A stretch of DNA of 51,204 bases from Candidatus Woesearchaeota archaeon. Lineage in GTDB: Archaea; Nanobdellota; Nanobdellia; Woesearchaeales; UBA9642. Position 1 is the stretch's first letter. Each line of letters opens with the position of its first letter. The DNA is taken from assembly GCA_013330595.1 (NCBI GenBank), contig DUIB01000063.1, forward strand, positions 1-51,204. The letters run 5' to 3'. The notes below the pieces were generated by a model. The model saw nothing but the letters and a program-made list of their open reading frames with translations, ran no database searches and was not told the DNA's origin. Positions 8,742-18,511 of this stretch are shown in pieces. The position numbers and the translations under genes were made by a program.

Positions 8742-9479
8742 TTAGTCATTCTCAATTCTCGGAGCTAATATGAACATCATCTGGATCTTATCCAGCTCTT
8801 TATATTCTAGTTTCAATGGATAATCCTTGTTGAATGAGATCTCTACAGTTGATGCGATCTTTGATCCTTGGATCATCTTCTTTAGATATTCTATTGAATA
8901 TTTCGATTTGACTTTTTCTTCTGCCTTTATTGAAACATTCTCTTCTGGCTTTATTTCAACAGTTGCCTTGCTTGAATCTCCTGAAGCAGAAACTATGAAC
9001 TTTTTCTCTTCTGCCTGGAATGATACTGATTCTGCTATGATCTCAACATCCTCAATAGCATCATTAAGCATTCCTGACGGGCACTTAATTACAGTCTTGA
9101 ATTTCAGTTCAGGAACTTTCTGCTCTTTTTCTTCCAGATCAATCAATGGCAGATAGAATGTCCTTACAGTATTTCCTTGTAATGTTATCTTTAACTTATT
9201 TTCAGCTAATTCAAGAACAAGATTATCATTTGCCTTTATTCTTCTTAGCACTTGCTTAAGATTATTTAAGTTCAGGGAAATTACAGTATCTTCTTTGACT
9301 GTATACTCAACAAATGAGCTGCTCAATAATCTGAAAACTACCATTGCCACATTGGCAGGATCCATGGCAATCATCTCTATAGAATCCTTCTTGACCTTGA
9401 ATTTTGCCTCATTGACAAGATCATTGATTATTGTTATAGGCTCTTTAATTAGTTTTGTTTCAGCTAGCACAAGTTTCAT
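8742..9479 (-). CDS. pcn: PCNA sliding clamp
   Basis: AMDPANVAMV, KYSIEYLKKM, DYPLKLEY, FILAPRIE. Confidence 0.97.
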   Translation of the reverse strand: MKLVLAETKLIKEPITIINDLVNEAKFKVKKDSIEMIAMDPANVAMVVFRLLSSSFVEYTVKEDTVISLNLNNLKQVLRRIKANDNLVLELAENKLKITLQGNTVRTFYLPLIDLEEKEQKVPELKFKTVIKCPSGMLNDAIEDVEIIAESVSFQAEEKKFIVSASGDSSKATVEIKPEENVSIKAEEKVKSKYSIEYLKKMIQGSKIASTVEISFNKDYPLKLEYKELDKIQMMFILAPRIEND

Positions 9480-9536
9480 ATTTACACCCCAACTATAGTT
9501 ATAATTGAGAGAACTCTTAAGGATTTAAAAATTTGA

Positions 9537-11819
9537 CTATTGATGAGCTTGGGCAAGTAATTCTTCAATCGACTCCCATCTTTCCTGTCTTCCTGTAAGC
9601 AAATAATTACACCTGAAATCAAGTGTGCTGTTAGCATAGCATCTATTACATAAATCCTCAGTATAAGTCTCCCTGCATTTCATGCCTAACTTTTCATTTA
9701 ATCCAAACAAATGCTTATTCATCACCCATTCAATAATCCAATCTGTTTTAATATCTCTCATGAAACCACTATTTAGCATTATCTCCTTTATTCTTATCTT
9801 TTCATGACGATAATTTCCCTTGTCAATCAACGGTTTTTTGGTGTAAAAACTCCGTAAGAACTCTTTCGTATCAGTCCCTGAGATAGTATCTAAATACTTA
9901 GTAGAACTAAAAGGTGTTTGAACTATGACAGTGTAAATCCTGTCTGCATCTAATTTTAAGCCATTAATAACCATTAGTCCATATCTTGATGCCTGCTTAA
10001 AAAAATATTGGACAGGATAATATCTTGCAACTCTTCTTTTGAAATCAATTATTATTGGATTATCTCCTGTAATTGCTACAGCATCTGGTCTTCCCCCATC
10101 ATCAATAGTAACATCTTGCTCCTGCAATCCTTCTATCTTATCGATAGTCATAGCAAATAACGGATTATTTGATTTGGACAATCTTTTCTCCAGTTCATCG
10201 ACAGCAAGATTCCAATCATGCTGCGTAGGCTTATAATAATTTTTTATTGGAACCTCGCAATATTTGCTCCTATCCATAGGCTCAATACCTAGTTTATCAA
10301 GAAAATATTTTTGATCTTCTCCTAATTCATTTGCTATTTTATGTCTTATGCTTCCACTAATGGCTTCATCATTCTTCTCAATCTCAAAAGGGTATTCTCT
10401 CTCCATAACGTTTATATACTTAATAAAAGGGCATTCATGTGAAGTGTTGCTAGGCCTTGTCATTCGTATGGAATCATTGAATAATAAACTTATATCTAAT
10501 GGCTTGACCATTTCTTTTTTTGTTTTCTGCCAGCTCTTATCAGCATTCTTATCTGCATGAACAGGAAAATTATTCTCATTCAAGAAATAGATAATGACCT
10601 CTATTGGGGATATTCTGACTTGATATTTAATTATATCATCTTCAAGCTTCTTGACCATAGAATAGGGGATTTCACTTAACTCTCCCTCAATATCTTTTAC
10701 ATCCCCTCCTGCATATATGTAAGGGTATTTGGATGATGTGAACAATTCATGTCTTTCATGAAAGGCTTTTTGCTTAATAATCACAGCTTCATTACTATTG
10801 CCATATTTGGCATTAAGCCATCCTGATAATCTGTTTAAGGCCTGAGGTTCCAATACTCCTCTTATAGGGATATTTTTTGTATCCTGCAATAGTTTTACTC
10901 CGATAATATGTTTTTCTAACTCAGGAAGATTGTTCCTTATTATTCCTTCTATCAGGTCATTAGCTATGTTTCCTTGAGTCATAAAACCATCATAAACCCG
11001 GATATTTAATTCCTTAAGTATAGAAGAGTATTTTTGTTTGAGAATCTCTCTATTAAGAGAAATTGCAGTATCGCAGAGCCTCTTAAAATCATCCATGCTA
11101 GGAACATTGAATATCGTGTCTTGATATTTACTTTTATAGGTATAGTATAATGTCTCTAGATAATAAGGCTCTTTATTAACTTGCTCATTGAATTTCTTTA
11201 TAGAAAAAACTGATTCAGCAACATTATAATTTTCAAGTCTTTGATCATCATCATAATATCTCTCATAATCTCCCAGCAATGATTTGTGTTTTTTTTCAAG
11301 CCAAGAATTAATACTCACTATACTATCGCTGAATGGATTGATGATCTTCGTTCCTTCCTGGCCTGTCTGTATCATAAATGGGAATTCAAAAGGCGCATGT
11401 CTGAAAAACACTATATTCTCAATTCCTTGTTTGACAACAGGATTATATTTATCATAGATCTCCATTAAATATGTGGCAAAATCTGTTTTTGTGCAGAAAT
11501 CATCTGTGTTGACATGCTTAAAAAATCCTAATGGACTTTCCAGGCCAAGATTAAACATTCCAAGCCAAACAATATCATTATTCTTAATGATATCAATATT
11601 CTCAGCCACAGATTCCTGCAACAATAGATATTTCTCCATAATGCCAACAAAGTTTCTTTCCTCTTGCCTATCTGTTGCCTGGTCAATCAGAAACTCTATA
11701 TTGTCTTTTTTTACGCCCTTTGGATCTAATTTTGTTGAATCAACCCATATCTTATGAGTGTATATTAGCCTAGAAAGAGTGCTTATCGGATTAGATAATG
11801 AGTATATAGATGCAAGCAT
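9537..11819 (-). CDS. Large protein with C-terminal Cas4/AddB-like PD-(D/E)xK nuclease and a possibly PolB-exonuclease-derived N-terminus
   Basis: ECPF, GSIRH, GRPDAV, IIDFK, QASRY, CNRC-x9-C; N-terminal IWVD, HAPFEFPF, YNVAES (tentative). Confidence 0.75.
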   Translation of the reverse strand: MLASIYSLSNPISTLSRLIYTHKIWVDSTKLDPKGVKKDNIEFLIDQATDRQEERNFVGIMEKYLLLQESVAENIDIIKNNDIVWLGMFNLGLESPLGFFKHVNTDDFCTKTDFATYLMEIYDKYNPVVKQGIENIVFFRHAPFEFPFMIQTGQEGTKIINPFSDSIVSINSWLEKKHKSLLGDYERYYDDDQRLENYNVAESVFSIKKFNEQVNKEPYYLETLYYTYKSKYQDTIFNVPSMDDFKRLCDTAISLNREILKQKYSSILKELNIRVYDGFMTQGNIANDLIEGIIRNNLPELEKHIIGVKLLQDTKNIPIRGVLEPQALNRLSGWLNAKYGNSNEAVIIKQKAFHERHELFTSSKYPYIYAGGDVKDIEGELSEIPYSMVKKLEDDIIKYQVRISPIEVIIYFLNENNFPVHADKNADKSWQKTKKEMVKPLDISLLFNDSIRMTRPSNTSHECPFIKYINVMEREYPFEIEKNDEAISGSIRHKIANELGEDQKYFLDKLGIEPMDRSKYCEVPIKNYYKPTQHDWNLAVDELEKRLSKSNNPLFAMTIDKIEGLQEQDVTIDDGGRPDAVAITGDNPIIIDFKRRVARYYPVQYFFKQASRYGLMVINGLKLDADRIYTVIVQTPFSSTKYLDTISGTDTKEFLRSFYTKKPLIDKGNYRHEKIRIKEIMLNSGFMRDIKTDWIIEWVMNKHLFGLNEKLGMKCRETYTEDLCNRCYANSTLDFRCNYLLTGRQERWESIEELLAQAHQ

Positions 11820-11906
11820 TTTCTCCCAACCAATTATGATTTTTTAACTACTTTCAAATAAATAATAATTCGATAACTATATATACTATATATATTTTTT
11901 GCTTAT

Positions 11907-14414
11907 ATGCTCTTAACCCATGTAGAAATAAAAGGCCAGAAGATAGATACAGAGAAAATTATATTTTATGGAAGAAATAATGATGGCTTGGAGAAGTTAG
12001 AAGAAGAGATATATAGTTTCAATACATTGTTCAATGACCTGAGACCGACAAAGGTTTTCGCACTATCATATTCTACATCAGAAGATGTCCTTAAAAAAAG
12101 ATTAATTGACCTTGAATCAAACCAGGCCTTCAAAAAACTAAATTTCAAAACAATAAAAAAAGATGAGAATTATATTATTTATGCTGAAGGCAACACAAAA
12201 ATATTGAAAAAATTGCCTGCATATTTCAAGATAAAGCCAGGTTCCAATAACTTCTCAAGTGTTGAATTGCTAAGAAAGCAACTCAGATTCCCATTTTCAT
12301 TAATAAAGAAGCATAATGCTATCTGGATGGTTGATAGGCAATTGTCATTAGATGAATTCCTGATGCTTAATTCAGCTTCATTAGACAGTGAATTCATGCA
12401 TTGGGAAAAAGAGAAAAAAGTAGATTACCTAAATAACAGCAGAGAACAGAAAATGGATTTCTTAACAAACACATATAATATTTTAACAGGACAAGAGAGT
12501 GAAGATGAATTAACAAAAAAGATAGTAGATTTTTTTAATGAAAATAAAGGTAAACAGGGAATAATTGATAAGCCCCTGTCTGTTTCATTGGCAATCAATA
12601 AAAAAAATATCCGAATCGATGCCGACAATAAAATGAATTACGATCTTTGCATCGATAAAGTCTATCATTTATGCCATCTGGGGGAAGAATCTCAAGATAT
12701 GATGATGGATCTGGCTACGGGAAAAACTAATGTCATATTCATCAAAAACCAAGATGAATTAGAGATGATAAAGAGATTGAATTTGGCTGTTGAGAAAGAA
12801 AAAATACTGATCTTTCTGACACAAAACGGGCCAAAATATGATCTTCCAAAATTAAGAGAATTTGGCCTGAAATTTTTCAATGAAATGCCTGAGATAAAGA
12901 GTTCTGCAGGATTCTTTTATCAGACAATCATAAAAGGAAATATAATACTTGACTTAGCATCTTATTCTCAAAATTATTTTCCATGGACCATAGATAATAA
13001 ATATGCGACAATCATAAAGCTGATAACTGGAATGGATTTTGAAAAAAGCATCACATATGATGATCAGACAAGATTGACTCTCGAAGCAATCCTTGGAAAT
13101 AATGAATCTATAAAAATCATGAGGAAATATGATGTTGAGGATGTAACAGGAATGTCTATGACTGAAAAATATATCCTGCCGATGATATACTTTAAGAGCA
13201 AGATAGCAAGAACAAGTCCAGAAGTGATCAATGTGACATCAAAGGCAAATTGGGCATTGGATCTTTACAGGTATGAGTATCTGCTTGAAGGAAAAGGTTT
13301 CTGGACAGTAACAAAATATAAAGAATATAACAAGTTTCAAACATTCGATAAATTCAAAAAATTAGTGAAAGAATATGAATCAATGAGGGAAAAACCTAAG
13401 AGAATAAATGTTGTGAAAAATTTCACCCGCGGGGCATTGTTCTACATTGCTCCTTTTACATCAATTCATCACCACGAGATACAAAAAAAAACAGCGATAA
13501 AGGAGGCTTTTGATTATCTGAAAAGGCCCGATGCCACAAATCTGGAGAAGATCGATCTGATTTTGACAATAGAAGAAGGCTATTTAAAGCCATATCTATT
13601 TGATAATTCTTTAAACAAAAGTTCCCGTGAAAAAGATATTGTCAACCAATTCAGAAATCTTGTAAGAGCATTTCCCCCTATAAATAATAATGATAACTAT
13701 TATTGCTTCAAAATCAGAGATTCAGAACATCCTTATTTCAAGGAAAATATGAAAGGATTAGGAATAGAACTTTCCAGAGGAAAATTCTTTAATGTAAAAA
13801 AAGGTTCATTTATATTGTATGATGAAAGAAATTTCTACAAGAAGGATATTGATGCCAAAGGAAAAGCAGGATACAAAACTATTTATCAGCAGGAGCTAAT
13901 TCATGATTATATAGAATTATTATTCAAGAAAGGCCCTGATGAAGCTATTAAGACAATTGTTGAATTCTTCAAAAAGCTTAACAATAATTCTTTGGATAGA
14001 AACAAAATGATTTATTTTAAAGAAAGCATGATAAAGGATTATTTTGATTATTCAAGTTATGCTCAACAGCAAGAGAGAGTTCAAGCATATATTGAATTAG
14101 GATTAAAAAAAGATGAAAAGGCGGCATTTTTTAAATTAGGCAAGGTACATGTGCCTTTAGAGCATTTTGAGCAAATGCCAGATAGTTATATTTTTAGCGA
14201 TAAGATAAAAGATCAGCTTATACAGGATTATCTAGGAACTATTGAAAAACGTAATATCAATATGCAAGAAGGCAAGATAGGAAAATATATTCAACCATTG
14301 GCTAAGTATTATGGATTAAATAAAAATTTATTTTCTAGATTCATATTAGCAGGGGATTATGAGAGCATAGTTCATAACAAGAAAGACCTGTTCTCAGATA
14401 TATTTAAAGAGTAA
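11907..14414 (+). CDS. PolB-derived protein with 3'-5' exonuclease motifs and no recognisable polymerase active site
   Basis: ExoI SLDSEF, ExoII QNGPKYDLPKL, ILDL, ExoIII YDVED; no DxxSLYPS, KxxxNSxYG or YGDTDS in 835 aa. Confidence 0.75.
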   Translation: MLLTHVEIKGQKIDTEKIIFYGRNNDGLEKLEEEIYSFNTLFNDLRPTKVFALSYSTSEDVLKKRLIDLESNQAFKKLNFKTIKKDENYIIYAEGNTKILKKLPAYFKIKPGSNNFSSVELLRKQLRFPFSLIKKHNAIWMVDRQLSLDEFLMLNSASLDSEFMHWEKEKKVDYLNNSREQKMDFLTNTYNILTGQESEDELTKKIVDFFNENKGKQGIIDKPLSVSLAINKKNIRIDADNKMNYDLCIDKVYHLCHLGEESQDMMMDLATGKTNVIFIKNQDELEMIKRLNLAVEKEKILIFLTQNGPKYDLPKLREFGLKFFNEMPEIKSSAGFFYQTIIKGNIILDLASYSQNYFPWTIDNKYATIIKLITGMDFEKSITYDDQTRLTLEAILGNNESIKIMRKYDVEDVTGMSMTEKYILPMIYFKSKIARTSPEVINVTSKANWALDLYRYEYLLEGKGFWTVTKYKEYNKFQTFDKFKKLVKEYESMREKPKRINVVKNFTRGALFYIAPFTSIHHHEIQKKTAIKEAFDYLKRPDATNLEKIDLILTIEEGYLKPYLFDNSLNKSSREKDIVNQFRNLVRAFPPINNNDNYYCFKIRDSEHPYFKENMKGLGIELSRGKFFNVKKGSFILYDERNFYKKDIDAKGKAGYKTIYQQELIHDYIELLFKKGPDEAIKTIVEFFKKLNNNSLDRNKMIYFKESMIKDYFDYSSYAQQQERVQAYIELGLKKDEKAAFFKLGKVHVPLEHFEQMPDSYIFSDKIKDQLIQDYLGTIEKRNINMQEGKIGKYIQPLAKYYGLNKNLFSRFILAGDYESIVHNKKDLFSDIFKE

Positions 14415-14445
14415 ATTTTTTAAATAGCCGATATTTCAACTGATA

Positions 14446-16188
14446 ATGCCAGACAAATGGAACCTATTGGATATTCTCAGCAATCAGTCAACAGATCAGA
14501 TTGAAGCATTATTGAAGAAGGATGTTGATCAGTTTGAGAGTTATAAGAAGATCCTTAATTCTATAGATGAGAAGAAGATGCTTGAGATCCTTGAACTAAA
14601 GGAAAGGATCTATGAAAGTATGAGTAAGCTTGAGAATTATTATGCAATGAGGTTTTATGAAAACGTAAAGGATTCAGAGGCATCAGCAAAATTATCCTAT
14701 CTAAAACAATTGCATACAGATCTCAGCAATAGGATAATGTTTTTCTCATTATGGTTCATGAAACTTGATGATAACACAGCAAAAAAGTTCGTTGAATCAA
14801 AGATACTTGCAAGATTTAAGCATTATTTTGAAAGAATAAGACAATTAAAGGAGCATACTAAATCAGAGGAGATAGAACAGATAATTAACCTTAAAAACAT
14901 CACTTCTGGAAGTTTTTTTGATGTATATGAAATAATGACAAGCTCTTTTGAATATGATTTCAATGGAAAAAAACTTACTTCTGAAGCTATGATAAGCAAG
15001 TACAGAGATATTGATCCTAAAATAAGAAAACAGGCTTATGATATTTTACTCGGAAAATATCGAGAGCACAAAGCAGAGCTTTATGAGATATACAAAAATA
15101 TTGTCTTAGATTGGACTAATGAAGATTTGAAGATAAGAAATTACAATAAATCAATAAGCTCAAGAAACATGAGCAATGATCTTGATGATTCAACTGTTGA
15201 TGCCGTGTTAGATGTTGTAAGAGAGAATTCAAAGTTATGGCATAGATACTTCCAGTTAAAATACAAGATACTATCGAAAAAAAGAAAATTTCCATATTCA
15301 AGATGTCACATCTATGCTCCTTATGAGGTGAAATTAAAGAGTTATGATTATGATTATTGCAAAAAATATGTCCTTGAAACATTCAAGCAATTTGATCAAA
15401 GATTCTTTGATGCAGCAAATGAAATATTCAAGGCAAAGCATGTCCATAGTCATCCTCAAAAAAATAAGAGAGGAGGGGCATTCTGCAATATAATCACTAA
15501 CAAGCATGCACCATATGTCTTACTGAATCACACAGATACTATCAGAGACATGTTCACAATAGCTCATGAACTCGGTCATGGAATGCATGACATGTTTTCA
15601 AGAGTCCAGCCAAATTTGTTGCAGCAGCCTCCTTTGCCTATTGCAGAGACAGCATCTGTATTTGGAGAGATGATACTTGCAGATAGGATATTGAAAGAAT
15701 CAAAGAACAATGAAGAGAAAAAATTCATATTAATGAATCTCCTTGACAATGAGTTTGCAACAATTCCTCGACAGGCATTTTTTGTGATATTTGAAAAGAT
15801 AGCACATGAAAATATCCCTAAAGGCATAACAAAAGAAGAGCTAGACAAGAAATATCTTGAAATACTTAAAGAGCAATTCGGATCAATGGAAATCCCAGAA
15901 GTATTCAAGAATGAATGGAATTATATTCCACACATACACGAAACACCATTCTATTGTTATGCATATGCATTCGGAAATCTACTAGTTTTGTCTTTGTATG
16001 ACATGTATAGAAAACAGGGCAAAGTATTTATCGAGAAATATATCAAATTCCTTTCTTATGGAGGGTCAAGATATCCAAAAGAACTGCTTGCAGGTCTAGG
16101 CATTGACATCAATGACAAAAGATTCTGGCAAAAAGGAATACAAATAATTAAAGAGCAGATAGAGCAGTTGGAAGAATTAAGTAAATAA
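14446..16188 (+). CDS. pepF: M3B oligoendopeptidase F
   Basis: KRGGAFC, AHELGHGMH zinc motif, AETASVFGE, PFYCYAYAFG. Confidence 0.93.
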   Translation: MPDKWNLLDILSNQSTDQIEALLKKDVDQFESYKKILNSIDEKKMLEILELKERIYESMSKLENYYAMRFYENVKDSEASAKLSYLKQLHTDLSNRIMFFSLWFMKLDDNTAKKFVESKILARFKHYFERIRQLKEHTKSEEIEQIINLKNITSGSFFDVYEIMTSSFEYDFNGKKLTSEAMISKYRDIDPKIRKQAYDILLGKYREHKAELYEIYKNIVLDWTNEDLKIRNYNKSISSRNMSNDLDDSTVDAVLDVVRENSKLWHRYFQLKYKILSKKRKFPYSRCHIYAPYEVKLKSYDYDYCKKYVLETFKQFDQRFFDAANEIFKAKHVHSHPQKNKRGGAFCNIITNKHAPYVLLNHTDTIRDMFTIAHELGHGMHDMFSRVQPNLLQQPPLPIAETASVFGEMILADRILKESKNNEEKKFILMNLLDNEFATIPRQAFFVIFEKIAHENIPKGITKEELDKKYLEILKEQFGSMEIPEVFKNEWNYIPHIHETPFYCYAYAFGNLLVLSLYDMYRKQGKVFIEKYIKFLSYGGSRYPKELLAGLGIDINDKRFWQKGIQIIKEQIEQLEELSK

Positions 16189-16209
16189 ATGCGAATGTTA
16201 AAATATTAA

Positions 16210-17088
16210 TTGATAAAAATGCAGAATAAAAACACCGCTTTGATATATGCTTTGATTGCCATAATTCTTTGGGGAACTGTTGCTGCGGCCTCTAAACTTA
16301 TGCTTAAAACCATCACCAATTTTCAGTTAATGTTTTTTGTCGCGCTTTTCTCAACTATTTCAACTCTCGGAATTGTTGTCTTTTCCAGAAAAATAAGTGA
16401 AGTAACTAAATTAATAAAAGAAAATTTGTTGTCCATCATCACATTAGGTTTTATAGGCTTAGGAATTCAGCAATTCTTAATTTTTACAGCCTTTGCAAAT
16501 GCTCCGGCAGCACAAGTTAATGTTTTAAACTATATGTGGCCAATTTTTATTTTAGTTCTATCAGTTTTTATTCTAAAAGAGAAACCTTCCCTAAAAATAA
16601 TGATAGCGTTTCTTTTAGGAATCATCGGGGTATATATTGTAATAACAAAAGGTCAACTCTTTTCCTTGCAAATTCATTATTTTTATGGATACTTATTAGC
16701 TTTAGGTGCTGCTTTCTGTTGGGCGCTATTCTCCACATTAAATAAAACCAAGAATTATGAACCTATTGGCGCTAGTTTCTTATTTAATCTTACAGGATTA
16801 ATTTTTATGACGATAATAATGTTTTTTACGAAATCATCATTTAATATTACTACAAATGAAATCATAGGAACTTTTTATATAGGATTATTCCCGACAGCCA
16901 TAGGCTTTATTTTGTGGGTAAAGGCATTAAAATTAGGAAAAACTTCAATTATCGCCAATCTTGGTCATTTAACTCCTTTTATTTCGTTAATCTTCATTTA
17001 TATAATCCTAAAAGAAACAATCCTTATCAGCGAAGTGATAGGATTAATTATAATTGTGTCTGGAATTTTATTACAATTAAAGAAATGA
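16210..17088 (+). CDS. DMT/EamA family transporter
   Basis: About 10 TM segments in two repeats; LWG, NYMWP...ILKEK. Confidence 0.92.
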   Translation: MIKMQNKNTALIYALIAIILWGTVAAASKLMLKTITNFQLMFFVALFSTISTLGIVVFSRKISEVTKLIKENLLSIITLGFIGLGIQQFLIFTAFANAPAAQVNVLNYMWPIFILVLSVFILKEKPSLKIMIAFLLGIIGVYIVITKGQLFSLQIHYFYGYLLALGAAFCWALFSTLNKTKNYEPIGASFLFNLTGLIFMTIIMFFTKSSFNITTNEIIGTFYIGLFPTAIGFILWVKALKLGKTSIIANLGHLTPFISLIFIYIILKETILISEVIGLIIIVSGILLQLKK

Positions 17089-17090
17089 TC

Positions 17091-18410
17091 CTATTTTATA
17101 TTTATCTTTGCCCCGTTTCTCAATAAGAATACGTTCTTATTCTCTCTGTAGCCTAGCTCTTCTGCCAATTCTAGGAATTGTTCTGTTGTCGCGATCTCTG
17201 AATGTGTTGGGATGAGGTTTTTTGGATTGATCATGTTTATTAGGTCTCTTGCATCCTCTCTTGCTCCATGTCCAGAAACGTGGATGTCCCTGAATATCCT
17301 GACTCTTTTCTTTTTCAGTTCATTCTCCATCTTTTCCCTGTTCTTGATGTTTTCCTCTCCAGGAATTATTGTGCAGGAAAATATTACTATGTCTTCTTTC
17401 TTAAAATTAAAATAATTATTGAATATCATTCTTGCAAGAACAGATTTTGGCTCTCCTTGATGGCCTGTAACAATGAAGACATAATCCTCTGGCTTTTTGC
17501 ATTTTTTTAAGAATGTCTGGATTTGATGCCTGTATTTAATGATCTTTCCTGTTTTTGAGAATTCAATTACTTTAATATTCTCTCCTGCCCTGATATATTT
17601 TTCAAGACTTCTTCCGAGGAATACAACTTTCCTGTTTAATTGCTTGGCAAATTCCAAAATTGATTTTATTCTTGCTAAATGACTTGAGAATGTTGAAACA
17701 ATCATTGCCTTGCCATTGCTATTAGTACTTATCATGACTTCTCTTAACAATTCTTTTGCAACAGATTCAGAAGGAGTCTTAATAGGCTTATTTGCATATA
17801 ATGAGTCCATTATCATGACTTTGACATTGCTCAATTGTTTCATCCTGCCAATATTGCTCTTTAATCCAAGAGTTGGCTGATTGTCTAGCTTGAAATCATT
17901 TGCATAAACTATTGAGCCGTATTTTGTGTGTATGACAACCATTGCTGTATGAATTATTGAGTGTGTTATGCTTATGAATTCTATCTTGATATTATCAGAC
18001 ACCTTGAATATCGAGTTTACTTCATGAGCTACTAATTTATTATTGATCTTGATCTCTTTATCCTCTAATAAGACTTTTAAAACTTCTATCGTATAAGGAG
18101 TTCCATGAATTGGGCATTTGAATTTTGATGCAAGAAAAGGTGCTGCACCAATATGATCGAGATGTGCATGGCTGATGCATATTGCTTTCACCATAGGCAT
18201 CCAATGCTCAATCTCAGTAATATCAGGAACAGCCTCTATCTCAATAAGTTTCTTATAAGAAAGATCAACCTCATCCTCATCCTGGGTGTAATGAATATAA
18301 TTCTGCAAATGCAATCCAAGATCAAGAACAATGACTTCATCATCGACCTTTACTGCAGTACAATTCCTTCCAACCTCTCTATAACCGCCAACAGGCATTA
18401 TTTCTATCAT
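17091..18410 (-). CDS. rnj: Ribonuclease J (MBL/beta-CASP)
   Basis: GGYREVGRN, SHAHLDHIG, TGHQGEP, HVSGH, PTH. Confidence 0.95.
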   Translation of the reverse strand: MIEIMPVGGYREVGRNCTAVKVDDEVIVLDLGLHLQNYIHYTQDEDEVDLSYKKLIEIEAVPDITEIEHWMPMVKAICISHAHLDHIGAAPFLASKFKCPIHGTPYTIEVLKVLLEDKEIKINNKLVAHEVNSIFKVSDNIKIEFISITHSIIHTAMVVIHTKYGSIVYANDFKLDNQPTLGLKSNIGRMKQLSNVKVMIMDSLYANKPIKTPSESVAKELLREVMISTNSNGKAMIVSTFSSHLARIKSILEFAKQLNRKVVFLGRSLEKYIRAGENIKVIEFSKTGKIIKYRHQIQTFLKKCKKPEDYVFIVTGHQGEPKSVLARMIFNNYFNFKKEDIVIFSCTIIPGEENIKNREKMENELKKKRVRIFRDIHVSGHGAREDARDLINMINPKNLIPTHSEIATTEQFLELAEELGYRENKNVFLLRNGAKINIK

Positions 18411-18511
18411 TAACCCACAGCTGTAGTATATAGTTTAAAAATTTGTCTATTTATCGCTTTTTGCAAAAATTTAAAAAGAATAAAAATATTGAACATCATC
18501 GAGGTGTTATT

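Noticed and set aside
3026-14414. Casposon or CRISPR adaptation module (PolB plus Cas4-like)
   Set aside because: No Cas1, no terminal inverted repeats and no repeat-spacer array seen; flanked by housekeeping genes
18443-18511. Longer TTG start for the surface protein
   Set aside because: The SD and signal peptide support the ATG at 18512
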